Origin: Candidatus Heimdallarchaeota archaeon
GTDB lineage: Archaea; Asgardarchaeota; Heimdallarchaeia; Heimdallarchaeales; Heimdallarchaeaceae
Reading direction: 5' to 3'
Length of the DNA stretch: 64,000 bases
Assembly: GCA_019894795.1 (NCBI GenBank)
Contig: JAGXNV010000001.1
Location: forward strand, 10,996 to 74,995
Program-made: the position numbers and the translations under genes
Notes under the pieces: generated by a model
What the model was told of the DNA's origin: nothing
The model's database searches: none
The model's input: only the letters and a program-made list of their open reading frames with translations
Shown here: piece by piece, positions 47,335 to 61,209 of the stretch
How the letters are laid out: every line of letters begins with the position of its first letter
How positions within the stretch are numbered: the first letter of the stretch is position 1

Positions 47335-47633
47335 GGGGGTAGACGAAGAATTAACTTAAAACAACCTTCTGTTTACAAACTTCCTTGATAAAAAACAATA
47401 GCACTATGCAATCACATTTTATTTTATTTACATAAAAAACATATTTCAACTAATCATCCAGTTTGTAGAATTAGAGTTTGAATTTACGATATATGCAAAG
47501 ATCAAATGATCCAAGATTCCAATGTTTTGGAAAATGTAAGCAATTTCCTTGACGATGCTTTAAAGGACTTACAGTTAAAACATCAATATTTAGAATAAAA
47601 AATAAGAAAGGAAATTAAAGAAAACTATTTTTT

Positions 47634-51541
<3,908 letters not shown>

Positions 51542-51769
51542 TTTTATTCTCCAAAAACCTTTGAATCTCTACACTAATTTAACATAATGTAGCTAACCCT
51601 ATTCCTCCTCCTTAGCGATTTGATAAAAATCTTTTGATTCCCAACCAGTTTTCATAATTGTTGTTAAGAACAAATTTGATCAATTTTGTGTAATTAGTGA
51701 CAATAAATTCTGTAACTACTTAGAATTTATTAAGTGGTTCTCGAATCGTATAAACGTTAAGTGACAAAG

Positions 51770-52723
51770 ATGAGTTTGAAAGAAGGAAAATCGAAGAAAA
51801 TTGATGGTAGATTATTTGCACAAGAATATTTAGAAAAAGTACTAATACCACGCTGCAAAATATTTAAAGAGGTTTACAAAAAACTACCAAAACTATCAAC
51901 AATTCTTGTTGGAGAGAATCCCGCGTCGGAATCTTATCTAAAGCTTAAAGGAAAGTTTTTTACCAAATTGTGCGTTAAATCAGAGGTATTCCGTTTACCT
52001 AAAGAAACTACAGAAGAAGAATTATTAGAATTTATTAACAAACAAAATAATAATGATCAAATTGATGGGATTTTGGTCCAAGTACCACTTCCATCGCATA
52101 TAAACGAAGACACAATTGCTGAAAGTATCGCACCAAGTAAAGATGTTGAAGGTCTTTCTCCTGGTAATGTTCATTCATGGGCTAAATCTCTTCCAAACCT
52201 AGTTCCTGCAACCGCTTTAGGAGTTTTAGCACTACTAAAATACTATAAAATAACAATTGAAGGTAAACACGTTGTAGTTGTTGGAAGAAGTATGATTGTT
52301 GGTAAGCCTGTTGCACATTTATTGTTAAAGGAAAACGCAACAGTTACAATGTGTCATTCTAAATCAAAACCTCTTGAGGAGTATACGCGACAAGCTGATA
52401 TCCTAATTGCTGCTGTAGGACGCCCTCATTTAATTAAGAAGGGCATGATAAAGGATGGAGCTATTGTAGTAGATGTAGGAATAAACTTTGAAGATGGTAA
52501 AATGATGGGGGATGTTGATTATGACGATCTCTTGGAAACAGCAAGCTATATCACACCCGTTCCTGGTGGTAGTGGACCTGCAACTGTTTGTATGTTGGTT
52601 AGTAATTTATTACTTGCATTTGAACTTAACCAAGCCAAGAGAAACGAAGAGCGGCTTGATTGTTTAAGGGATTATTATGGAAATTATGATACAATAGGTG
52701 AATCAGGGTTTTGTATAGGATAA
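51770..52723 (+). CDS. folD: bifunctional 5,10-methylene-tetrahydrofolate dehydrogenase/cyclohydrolase
   Basis: Motifs present: ESYLKLKGK, DGILVQVPLP, VVVVGRSMIVGKPVA, TPVPGGSGPATV. A C-terminal extension of about 30 aa follows the conserved core. Confidence 0.85.
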   Translation: MSLKEGKSKKIDGRLFAQEYLEKVLIPRCKIFKEVYKKLPKLSTILVGENPASESYLKLKGKFFTKLCVKSEVFRLPKETTEEELLEFINKQNNNDQIDGILVQVPLPSHINEDTIAESIAPSKDVEGLSPGNVHSWAKSLPNLVPATALGVLALLKYYKITIEGKHVVVVGRSMIVGKPVAHLLLKENATVTMCHSKSKPLEEYTRQADILIAAVGRPHLIKKGMIKDGAIVVDVGINFEDGKMMGDVDYDDLLETASYITPVPGGSGPATVCMLVSNLLLAFELNQAKRNEERLDCLRDYYGNYDTIGESGFCIG

Positions 52724-52806
52724 ATAAACAGATTACACCATTTTTTCCTTCTTTTTTCTCCCATTTTTAGATAAAAGTTTTAGTTATAATCGTATCTGTA
52801 TGAATA

Positions 52807-53154
52807 ATGAGTGAAATAACAGAATCAAAATCCTTTAAGATTGAAGATAGACCTTTTGAATCAATTTTGACATCTTTTGAAAATGCAATAGCTCTATACA
52901 TTTACGAAGAAATTCCACGAATAGGAACTTTTGGGGTTTCAGTTCCTGGCACTTCCATAATGCCAGCTTCAACACTTTACATTACTGGAGCAAAGAATGA
53001 GCACTATGCGAAAATGATAGGTGAAAGATTAGCTACAAAGCTTCAGAAATTAGTTCTAATCTCATTGAGTGTGAAAGATATTAATACTGAATTAATCGTA
53101 GAACTTATGCAGAAAATTGAATCAACTTTCTTTGATAAAAAAAGTGAAAATTAA
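52807..53154 (+). CDS. small protein resembling proteasome assembly chaperone PAC4/Pba4 (tentative)
   Basis: This is a 115-aa protein. TFGVSVPGTSIMPASTLYITG...IGERLATKLQKLVLISLSV...ELIVELMQKIES parallels the recalled human PSMG4 segment NLAVAM...IPVSTSLLGD...LAQRLARKTNKQVFVSYNL...ALLVENRIKEE. Confidence 0.4.
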   Translation: MSEITESKSFKIEDRPFESILTSFENAIALYIYEEIPRIGTFGVSVPGTSIMPASTLYITGAKNEHYAKMIGERLATKLQKLVLISLSVKDINTELIVELMQKIESTFFDKKSEN

Positions 53155-53202
53155 ACATTTGATTGAATTAAATAATGAAAAAGAGGGTAAGTATTTTGAT
53201 GA

Positions 53203-54531
53203 TTATTTCAAAATTGATAACCCTGGATATAATGGGAATTGCTTGGTAAGTTCAAGAATGTTCTTTTTTACTCCTTCACATACTTCTGCGTCTCCCTTCG
53301 ATTTAATGACTTTCGATATGCCCTCTGCAATCACCTTCATTTCAGATTCTTTCATTCCTCTTGAGGTTACTGCGGGTGTCCCCAGTCTAAGTCCTGATGG
53401 GTGGAATGGACTTGAAGGTTCATATGGAACTGTGTTTTTGTTAACTGTTATACCCGCTTCATCCAAAGCATTTTGAAGTGGACCACCCTTTCCAGTTAAA
53501 TCTTCAGGGCGCAAATCAATGAGAATCAGATGGTTGTCAGTACCATTTGTAACCAGTTTAATACCAAGAGACATTAATTCATCAGCTAGTGCTTTAGAGT
53601 TTTGGACAATTTGTATTGCATAATCCTTAAACTCAGGTTTAAGAGCTTCAGCAAAAGCAACAGCTTTAGCAGCTGTAGCATTATCATGAGGACCTCCTTG
53701 CAAACCTGGAAACACTGCAGAATCTATTAATCTTGCTAAACTAAATGGCTCCCCTGCTTTTGTCTTCTTGTTTGGATGATGAATTTCGTGCAACCTATCC
53801 TCTGTTTTAGACATTATAATTGCTCCACGAGGTCCTCTAAGGCTTTTGTGAGTTGTAGTTGTTACAACATCGGCATATGGGATAGGACTTGGATGGGCTC
53901 CACCCACAACTAAACCAGCGATGTGCGATATATCAGCAAGTTGGTAAGCATCAACTTCTTCAGCGATTTCCTGAAAAACTTTAAAATCAATCTCTCTAGG
54001 ATACGCAGTTAGACCAGATATAATCATTTCTGGTTTTTCCTTTTTAGCTAATTCATGAATGACAGCCATATCCAACATTTCTGTCTTTTTGTCAACATCA
54101 TAGCTAATACAAACATAATTCTTACCTGAGAAGTTTACGTGGCTTCCATGTGTAAGATGACCTCCAGATGTAAGACTGAAACCAAGAAACTTATCGTGGA
54201 GGTTTAGCAACGCAAAGAATACTGCTTGATTAGCAGGCGAGCCTGAATAGGGCTGAACATTAACATGTTCACATCCAAAGAGTTCTTTGGCACGCTCTAT
54301 GGCCAATATTTCAACTTCATCAACAATTTCATTTCCACCATAATACCTTTTCTTAGGATAACCTTCAGAGTATTTGTTTGTGAAAACACTGCCCATTGCT
54401 TGAAGAACAGATCGATACGTGTAGTTTTCAGAAGGAATAAGTTCAATACCTTCTTCTTGACGTTTTAATTCCCTTAAAAGCATATCCGCAACTTCTGGGT
54501 CGGAATTTGCCAAATCATTCATTAAATTCAT
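53203..54531 (-). CDS. glyA: serine hydroxymethyltransferase
   Basis: IELIPSENY and YSEGYPKKRYYGG are present. The PLP-Lys motif is VVTTTTHKSLRGPRG. Confidence 0.95.
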   Translation of the reverse strand: MNLMNDLANSDPEVADMLLRELKRQEEGIELIPSENYTYRSVLQAMGSVFTNKYSEGYPKKRYYGGNEIVDEVEILAIERAKELFGCEHVNVQPYSGSPANQAVFFALLNLHDKFLGFSLTSGGHLTHGSHVNFSGKNYVCISYDVDKKTEMLDMAVIHELAKKEKPEMIISGLTAYPREIDFKVFQEIAEEVDAYQLADISHIAGLVVGGAHPSPIPYADVVTTTTHKSLRGPRGAIIMSKTEDRLHEIHHPNKKTKAGEPFSLARLIDSAVFPGLQGGPHDNATAAKAVAFAEALKPEFKDYAIQIVQNSKALADELMSLGIKLVTNGTDNHLILIDLRPEDLTGKGGPLQNALDEAGITVNKNTVPYEPSSPFHPSGLRLGTPAVTSRGMKESEMKVIAEGISKVIKSKGDAEVCEGVKKNILELTKQFPLYPGLSILK

Positions 54532-54715
54532 AAGTAATCCTCAAAAGAATATCAAATTGTTTTCTTTAAATGTTTTTTCAATCGCCCTACTTTGCAGAAT
54601 TATAGTTTACAAAATCTTACCACGTATAATTATTAATATGTGGTAAGATTTTCATTTTTTATGTTGCTTGTTCATTTTTTGCTGTATGATTGAGAAAAAT
54701 CCTGTTACTGAGTCA

Positions 54716-55996
54716 TTAGAAAGGTATAACTCTATCATATCCTGTTTTACCTTTCTTTTTTGTTGCGTCAATTATTACTTTAATTGAAGTATCATTATCT
54801 CTATTTCGTGAAGGATCTAGAGAGGATCCTTTAATATTTTTAAGAATTGTAATATCGTTAGTTCCGGCTCTAGTAATCCTTGCCCATTCCACTGCTTTGT
54901 TATTGTAAATGTCTATATCTTCATTCACAACCGTACACCATTTGAGAGAAGGATGCGCTTGAAAAGCTGTTAAACCAACTTTTTTAGCATCTCCAGCATT
55001 TTCTGTTGTTACGGAAATTACAGCATTTAACCATCCACATCCACTTGGTGTTAGATAGACACCATGTACTTTAGGGACAATTTTACTTACACAATTATGA
55101 ATCTCTGCTTCTCGTGGAAATCCCATAAGAATAAAATGTTCTTCATATGCAGGAAGAATTGTTTGGAAGATTGCATTATCCCTAAACAACACATCATCAA
55201 ACTGAACAATAGGTTGATTACGAATATCATCAAATGTGCCTGTAATATCAACAAAAGGTCCTTCTACTGTCTCTTCTTCGGCTAATATTCGCCCCTCTAG
55301 AATAAATTCTACATCAGAAGGAACGCTAATACCATATCGAGGAGTTTGGACAATTGAAAGTTCTCCCTTCATAAGAGAATTGGCCAAATCAAGTTCAGAT
55401 TTACCAGAAGGGGTAGGAGATGACGCAGCTAAAGCAAGAATAGGATGATACCCATTAATTACAGCAATAGGTGTATCTAAACCATTTTTCTTGTTCTCTA
55501 GAAAAATCTTGTGCAAATCTCGTGGGACAATACGCATGGTTCCTCTTTGATTGTCAAGGACCATAATTCGATGTATGCTCATATTGGGTGCATCTGTATT
55601 GGGAAATTGTGCAAAAACGATGACAGATGAGAGATATCTGCCACCATCACCAGGGAAGAATTTTGGAATAGGAAGATGAGAGAAATTAGCTTGTTTCTTA
55701 TTAGAGAAAGTAAGACTGGTCTCTACCTCAGTTGGTTGTTTTGGGTTGATTAGTGATTGTTGAAAGAAACTATAGTAGTTCTCATGTTCATTCAAAACGA
55801 ATTTAAGTTGCTCACGAGACGTAAGGCTATTTCCTATTAAAGGAAAGTGTGATTTTTCAACATTGGTAAACAGAACTGTTTTATTATTATTTGTTTGAAG
55901 ATACTCAGTAATTTCATATTCTTGTTTAACTTTATCATGAATTTCAACTAAAAAATTAGATTCTTTGAGCATTTCAAGATAGGGTCGTAAACTCAT
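54716..55996 (-). CDS. UbiD-family (prFMN-dependent) decarboxylase
   Basis: Motifs present: MSIHRIMV, GYHPILALAA, EGPFVDITGTFD. The length is 426 aa. Confidence 0.7.
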   Translation of the reverse strand: MSLRPYLEMLKESNFLVEIHDKVKQEYEITEYLQTNNNKTVLFTNVEKSHFPLIGNSLTSREQLKFVLNEHENYYSFFQQSLINPKQPTEVETSLTFSNKKQANFSHLPIPKFFPGDGGRYLSSVIVFAQFPNTDAPNMSIHRIMVLDNQRGTMRIVPRDLHKIFLENKKNGLDTPIAVINGYHPILALAASSPTPSGKSELDLANSLMKGELSIVQTPRYGISVPSDVEFILEGRILAEEETVEGPFVDITGTFDDIRNQPIVQFDDVLFRDNAIFQTILPAYEEHFILMGFPREAEIHNCVSKIVPKVHGVYLTPSGCGWLNAVISVTTENAGDAKKVGLTAFQAHPSLKWCTVVNEDIDIYNNKAVEWARITRAGTNDITILKNIKGSSLDPSRNRDNDTSIKVIIDATKKKGKTGYDRVIPF

Positions 55997-56086
55997 TACT
56001 CACTACTTCCTTTGAATAACAAGACATAAGATACAATGATTTAAATATCTTGTTGGAAAAAAGACTCTGAAATTTAATCTTCATTA

Positions 56087-56171
56087 GCGGGGATTGCCGA
56101 GTGGTCAAAGGCGCTAGATTCAGGTTCTAGTCCTTAGTGGTCCGGGAGTTCGAATCTCCCTCCCCGCACCA
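56087..56171 (+). tRNA. tRNA-Leu (anticodon CAG), long variable arm, CCA encoded
   Basis: Hand fold: acceptor GCGGGGA/TCCCCGC, anticodon stem CTAGA/TCTAG with loop TTCAGGT, long variable arm, T arm GGGAG-TTCGAAT-CTCCC, discriminator A, then CCA. Confidence 0.9.
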
Positions 56172-56272
56172 TTCCCTAAAATCAAAACTATTTTTAACTT
56201 GAAGTTAAATTTCAGAGAAAGCAGAAAGTTAATTTTTCTGTTACACGACTAAAAGAAGCGATTGATTAGATA

Positions 56273-57439
56273 ATGCCTATTGACATACCATTGATCTCAG
56301 AAGAATTGAAGAATTATTTGAAAGAATTATTCGGTGATAATATCGCACAAAAATATCTTCAGAAAATTGTTTCGCCTATGGAGGAATATAGCCTCCATGT
56401 ATATAGAGATGTTTCCATAATAGATGTGATACTTGAGAATCTTCGTGAGAATGGTTTTGAAGCAAGACAACATAATGACTTTCCAAATATGGTAGTTGTT
56501 TCTCCGAAAGGACCATTTGAGTTATCGTTGAAAGAAGATTCCAAGGAGATTGTTGTCGATAATAGAGCAGCTGAAATGATTTATCAAGGATCAGATGTGT
56601 TCGCCCCAGGTGTCAAACGTGCAAATCGAGTAAAGGCAGGTGATATTGTTAATATTGTCAATCAAAACGATATCTTCGTTGCCCAAGCGGAAGCAGTCAT
56701 GAGCCATAATCAAATGATGGTGGAGAAGAAAGGAATCGCTGCAAAGAATATTCTTTCTCCTTATATTGTTCCTAGTTTAGAATCACTGGATAATAAGAGT
56801 CTTCCTGTTTACTTTCAGAGTCTTCCTGCTTATCTTGCAGTTATGAATCTCGATCCTCAACCAGATGAAAGGATTCTTGATTGCTGTGCTGCACCGGGAA
56901 ATAAAACTTTACATCTAAATGAACTTACAAAAGATCAAGCACGAATTGTGGCTGTAGACCGGTCTAAAAGAAGAATACAGAAGATTCAAGAGAAAATCGA
57001 GACGTTCAAGACATCAAACATAATAACAAAGGTTGGTAACATTATTGCACTCAGCAAAGAATGGGGCGTTAAATTCGATAAAATTCTAGTAGACCCCCCT
57101 TGTTCTTCATTGGGGTTAAGACCACGTTTAGTTCATGACATTAGTACAAACACTATAAAATCGATTGCTGATTACCAGAAAGCTATTTTCTATGCTTGTG
57201 ATAATCTGTTGAAATCCAAAGGAATTTTGGTATATTCAACCTGTACAATCACTAAAGAAGAAAACGAAGAGATAATTAATTATGCTGTTCAAAAGTTGAA
57301 TTATACTGTTCTTGAACAAAATTTTATGTATTCTAAGGCTGATGTACCTATTGGTAATTTCAATTTTCCTGTGCAAAGATTTATCCCCGGAATAGATAAA
57401 ACTCTGGGTTATTTTATAGCGAAACTTAAAAAATCATAA
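56273..57439 (+). CDS. PUA-domain RNA (cytosine-5) methyltransferase, NOL1/NOP2/Sun family
   Basis: The PUA-like segment is GSDVFAPGVKRANRVKAGDIVNIV. The SAM motif is LDCCAAPGNKT. The catalytic Cys motifs are VDPPCSSLG and YSTCT. Confidence 0.8.
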   Translation: MPIDIPLISEELKNYLKELFGDNIAQKYLQKIVSPMEEYSLHVYRDVSIIDVILENLRENGFEARQHNDFPNMVVVSPKGPFELSLKEDSKEIVVDNRAAEMIYQGSDVFAPGVKRANRVKAGDIVNIVNQNDIFVAQAEAVMSHNQMMVEKKGIAAKNILSPYIVPSLESLDNKSLPVYFQSLPAYLAVMNLDPQPDERILDCCAAPGNKTLHLNELTKDQARIVAVDRSKRRIQKIQEKIETFKTSNIITKVGNIIALSKEWGVKFDKILVDPPCSSLGLRPRLVHDISTNTIKSIADYQKAIFYACDNLLKSKGILVYSTCTITKEENEEIINYAVQKLNYTVLEQNFMYSKADVPIGNFNFPVQRFIPGIDKTLGYFIAKLKKS

Positions 57440-57492
57440 AGTTAAAACCGAATTATTTTTAATGCTTGTTCTTTCTTTTGATTTGATGCCCA

Positions 57493-58344
57493 TTGGTTTC
57501 TAAAGATTCTTGTATCCTAATAACGAGTTCAAATCAAGAAAAAACAAAAGAAGTAGCACTCGCGGCCTATGATTGTTTAAAGAAAAGAGAGTATAACGTT
57601 TACCTTGATTTTTTTCTAGCTGAGAAAAGGGATGATTTAGACCCAATATGTTCAGAAATAACTGTCGAACTAGTTTTGGTTTATGGTGGAGATGGAACAA
57701 TATTAAAGACTTTTAAAACTTGGAAAAACATTCCAATTTTAGGTGTTAACTGCGGGAGAGTTGGTTTTCTTTGTGAAATAGAGCCTGAAGAATTGGATGA
57801 AGCTTTCGATAAAATAGAACGAAATGAGTTTTTCACAGAATTTTATTCAGCTTTAGCTGTTTCAACAGAAACATCTCCAACAATATCCGCAGCAAACGAT
57901 GTTATTGTTACATCAGATAAGGTAGGTCAATTAATAACTCTTAAGGTTCAGATAAATGATAGATATTTATACACTTTAAATGGAGACGGTTTGATTGTTT
58001 CAACTTGTGTAGGATCTAGTGCGTACTCTCTCTCAGCAGGCGGTTCTTTAGTAATGCCAAACATTGATGCTTTCAGTTTGGTACCTATCTGTCCTTTTTC
58101 AAGAAGGATTATACCTCTAGTTATTTCATCTAATGTTCGAATAACAATAACCAATTTGAGTGTTTACAGAGCTGGACATGTAGTGATTGATGGTGCAACA
58201 TATTATAGTCTCGGAAATGGAGAATCTATTTCAGTAGTTAGATCAACAGATAAAATTGGTTTTTTAAGATTTTCAGATAACTACGTAGAACGTGTAAGGG
58301 ACAAATTACTAAAATACAATCCTGATGATTTTAATGAACAATAA
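57493..58344 (+). CDS. nadK: NAD kinase
   Basis: Motifs present: VYGGDGTILK, GVNCGRVGFL, NGDGLIVSTCVGSSAYSLSAGG. The apparent start codon is TTG. Confidence 0.85.
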   Translation: MVSKDSCILITSSNQEKTKEVALAAYDCLKKREYNVYLDFFLAEKRDDLDPICSEITVELVLVYGGDGTILKTFKTWKNIPILGVNCGRVGFLCEIEPEELDEAFDKIERNEFFTEFYSALAVSTETSPTISAANDVIVTSDKVGQLITLKVQINDRYLYTLNGDGLIVSTCVGSSAYSLSAGGSLVMPNIDAFSLVPICPFSRRIIPLVISSNVRITITNLSVYRAGHVVIDGATYYSLGNGESISVVRSTDKIGFLRFSDNYVERVRDKLLKYNPDDFNEQ

Positions 58345-58852
58345 TAAGGATGAAAAAAAAACTTATGTCATTGATTCTACTGCTATTATGCATTTTTTTC
58401 CAAATGAACAATTAGCAAACGAGGACACTTACCTTATAATCCCTGAAAAATTGAAATCTGAAATTAAATCCTTTCAAGCTAAAGCAGTGTTAGAAGTGAT
58501 GGATGCTGATCAACGCCTCATTTATACATCCCCTTCCGACCATTCGATAAAGATAGTTAAGGAAAAAGCTATATCATCAGGGGATATTTCCTCATTATCT
58601 GAAACAGATATTCACGTAATTGCTACAGCTCTGGATTTTCCTGGATCACGAGTTATAAGTGATGACAACGCGGTGCAGAACCTATGCGCTTTTTTGAATA
58701 TAGATGTTGAAACTTTCTTATTCAAAATTAAAACAAGACGAGTTTATTTCTGGAAATGTGTTGGTTGCAATAACACCATCAAGACAAAGCTTAATGTGTG
58801 TCCTGAATGTGGTAACAGATTGAAACGATTTTACAAAAAGAAAAAGATATAG
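58325..58852 (+). CDS. nob1: PIN-domain endonuclease with C-terminal zinc ribbon (Nob1-like)
   Basis: The PIN N-terminus is YVIDSTAIMHFF, with ETDIHVIATAL later. The zinc ribbon is CVGCNNTIKTKLNVCPECGNRL. The gene overlaps the nadK 3' end. Confidence 0.7.
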   Translation: MILMNNNKDEKKTYVIDSTAIMHFFPNEQLANEDTYLIIPEKLKSEIKSFQAKAVLEVMDADQRLIYTSPSDHSIKIVKEKAISSGDISSLSETDIHVIATALDFPGSRVISDDNAVQNLCAFLNIDVETFLFKIKTRRVYFWKCVGCNNTIKTKLNVCPECGNRLKRFYKKKKI

Positions 58853-58876
58853 AATCAAATCTACAATTATATGGTG

Positions 58877-59989
58877 CTAAAGTATGGATTCCAAAATCTC
58901 CACAATCGCCATAATTATTTTATCATTAATATCCGCATCACCTAGTGTCACTAAAAACGATTTATTACTGTCCTTAAATGCTGGATAGTTTTCAAACGTT
59001 TGAATTATAATTCCTTTACTACAAAGCTGCTCAAATAATTCCTTTACATCTTCTGTAAATTGAATAAGTAGAAAATTTGTATCACTTCTATGTACTTTTA
59101 GACCCTTTAACATTCGAAGATGTTCTATAACTCTTTTACGTTCAGCTATGAAAATGTTAATTAATTCAACAAATCGGTAAGGAGCTTGAAGTATATAGTT
59201 TGTTGCAAGTAAGTGGATAGGTGGGATTTCTTCTATAATATAATTCTCTTTCAAAGCCTCAATATTCTTCACATTTGAAACCAAAAAGGCTGAAGAAAAC
59301 GCTCCCAATCCCCATGCTTTGGAAAAAGATCTTACTATTGTTAAATTATTAAAGCTCTGAACTTGGTTCACCAATGAGTATTTTCCAAATTCAACATAAG
59401 ATTCATCTATTATTACAGGTATTTCGGTCTCTTTGGCTAATGTTAATACATCTTCTTCCTTAAACTGATTAGCAGTTGGATAATGAGGAGATGAAAACAC
59501 AAGGGCTTTAGAATCTTCCTTCTTTATCTGTTCCAAAATACAATTGACATCAAGTTCATAATTGGACGTCAAATCAGTTGTAACAATATTCAATTGTTGA
59601 TTTTTAGCAAATTGATAGTAAATATCTTTGTCAGGAACAATCAAAGAAATGGCATTTTCCGGTTTTGCAACGACTCTAACTATTCTCTGAATTAGTTGAT
59701 TATGTGTTAACCCAGGGTAAACTGTAGATGTCTCTACTCCAACGAACCTTGCAATTTCTTCGATTAATGAGAAGTAATCAATTGGATACTGTTCTCTAGG
59801 ATCTATTGACTGAATCTCTTTGATGATTATATTTTGAATTAAATCGGGTGGTATGAACAAATTGTCCCCTATACTTAAATCAAGAATCTGTTCCAAGGAT
59901 AGATTATATTTCTTTGCAACTTTTTGACGCGTTATTAGTCGGTCTAGAGCATATTTCGTTTCAGAGATTCTATTAGACAGTTGTTTCAC
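58877..59989 (-). CDS. class I/II aminotransferase (histidinol-phosphate aminotransferase-like)
   Basis: The PLP-Lys motif is RSFSKAWGLGAFSSAF. IIDESYVEF is present. The length is 370 aa. Confidence 0.65.
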   Translation of the reverse strand: MKQLSNRISETKYALDRLITRQKVAKKYNLSLEQILDLSIGDNLFIPPDLIQNIIIKEIQSIDPREQYPIDYFSLIEEIARFVGVETSTVYPGLTHNQLIQRIVRVVAKPENAISLIVPDKDIYYQFAKNQQLNIVTTDLTSNYELDVNCILEQIKKEDSKALVFSSPHYPTANQFKEEDVLTLAKETEIPVIIDESYVEFGKYSLVNQVQSFNNLTIVRSFSKAWGLGAFSSAFLVSNVKNIEALKENYIIEEIPPIHLLATNYILQAPYRFVELINIFIAERKRVIEHLRMLKGLKVHRSDTNFLLIQFTEDVKELFEQLCSKGIIIQTFENYPAFKDSNKSFLVTLGDADINDKIIMAIVEILESIL

Positions 59990-60190
59990 CCATATCCCAT
60001 GGATTAATATTGTATCCGGACAGAATTAAAAAAACTATTGGTCAAGATAACGCACGTCTCTTGACTTTATGAAAATTCTTCATTTTACAAAAGAAGAAAC
60101 TACACAAAAAACAAATATAGGAGCAATATTAAAAAGAACTGTTGAAGAGCATTAATGCGACAATAATCTCTGTCATTAAAGGTGAAATCG

Positions 60191-61081
60191 ATGGTTCATA
60201 AATTCACAGTTGAATTCCCTGAAAGAATTTGGAAAGCAATTAGAGATAAAAAAGGTCAAGGTTCAATTAAGGATTTTCTAATTAAACTTATCGAAAAGGA
60301 ATTTGAACTTAGAAAAATCAAAGCCTTTATTCTAGCTGGAGGAGAAGGTGCTAGACTAAAACCTTTAACAGAAGCAATCCCAAAAGCAATGATCCCTGTT
60401 GGATATAAACCTCTTCTTGAGTATAATTTGGAACTAATATCAAAAAGTGGAATAACAGATGTAGTGATTCTGATTGGAAAACTGGGTGACAGAATAATGA
60501 AGCATTTCGGGCAGAACTGGAATGGTCTTGATATAAGCTACGTAAGTGAATCAACAACGCTTGACACTGCTGGTGCAATACACAATGCCAAAAATTTTGT
60601 ATCTGGTACTTTTCTTGTTATGAACTCAGATATTCTTACAGATATCAACCTATCCAATATAATCGATTTCCACAAGAATCAGAGAAAAGATTGTATAGCA
60701 ACCGTATGTGGTGTGGGAGTTAATGAGTATTTTCAATTAATGGGTAGAACAAGTGATAAAGGGGTATTTACAGATTATGGTGTGTTTTATATGGATGACC
60801 AATTGAATAATAAGGTTAACAAATTTGAGGAGACACCAACCAAAGCTCAACAAAGTGGCTATATTAATACCGGAATATATGTTTTTGAACCTGAAATTAT
60901 GGATTATTTGGCTGATTCTGAAGGTAGGTCAATCTCACGTGATATCATCCCCCTTTTGATAAAAGATAAAAAATTGCAAGGTTATATCTGTCCGAGAAAT
61001 GTGTTTTGGATTGATGTTGCCCATCCAGATCGTTGGAGTAAAGCATGGGATGTCTTGTTTTCTGGAGCTATGGAAGTTTGA
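60191..61081 (+). CDS. sugar-1-phosphate nucleotidyltransferase with an N-terminal ribbon-helix-helix-like extension
   Basis: The NTP-transferase motif is AFILAGGEGARLKPLTEAIPKAMIPV. It is preceded by about 40 aa (KFTVEFPERIWKAIRDKKGQGSIKDFLIKLIEKEF) with a strand-helix-helix pattern. An AAGGTGA Shine-Dalgarno sequence lies 7 nt before the ATG at 60191. Confidence 0.7.
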   Translation: MVHKFTVEFPERIWKAIRDKKGQGSIKDFLIKLIEKEFELRKIKAFILAGGEGARLKPLTEAIPKAMIPVGYKPLLEYNLELISKSGITDVVILIGKLGDRIMKHFGQNWNGLDISYVSESTTLDTAGAIHNAKNFVSGTFLVMNSDILTDINLSNIIDFHKNQRKDCIATVCGVGVNEYFQLMGRTSDKGVFTDYGVFYMDDQLNNKVNKFEETPTKAQQSGYINTGIYVFEPEIMDYLADSEGRSISRDIIPLLIKDKKLQGYICPRNVFWIDVAHPDRWSKAWDVLFSGAMEV

Positions 61082-61209
61082 CCTTTTGTACTTTAACTTG
61101 AGATTTTTTCTTCATAATTGTATATTTTTAACAATTTATTCTCAAAAGTAAAAATATTTAATAATTTGGGCATTGAAACAGCATCAAGTAGATATATTGG
61201 TGATAATTA

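Noticed and set aside
43927-47587. AAACATCAAT occurs at 43927-43936 and 47578-47587, flanking the orphan cassette. This could be read as a target-site or att duplication.
   Set aside because: Only 10 nt are identical, with an indel in the extended match. In two AT-rich spacers of about 200-300 bp, a 10-mer match is roughly expected by chance. No integrase or tRNA fragment is present.
51602-51613. A strong Shine-Dalgarno-like AAGGAGGAGGAA on the minus strand, about 60 nt upstream of rpoA'. I wondered whether it marks a hidden small gene or an rpoB remnant.
   Set aside because: The only ATG that follows it opens a 3-codon ORF (MLN-stop). I could not recognise any rpoB-like coding remnant. It may be a chance purine run or part of the leader.
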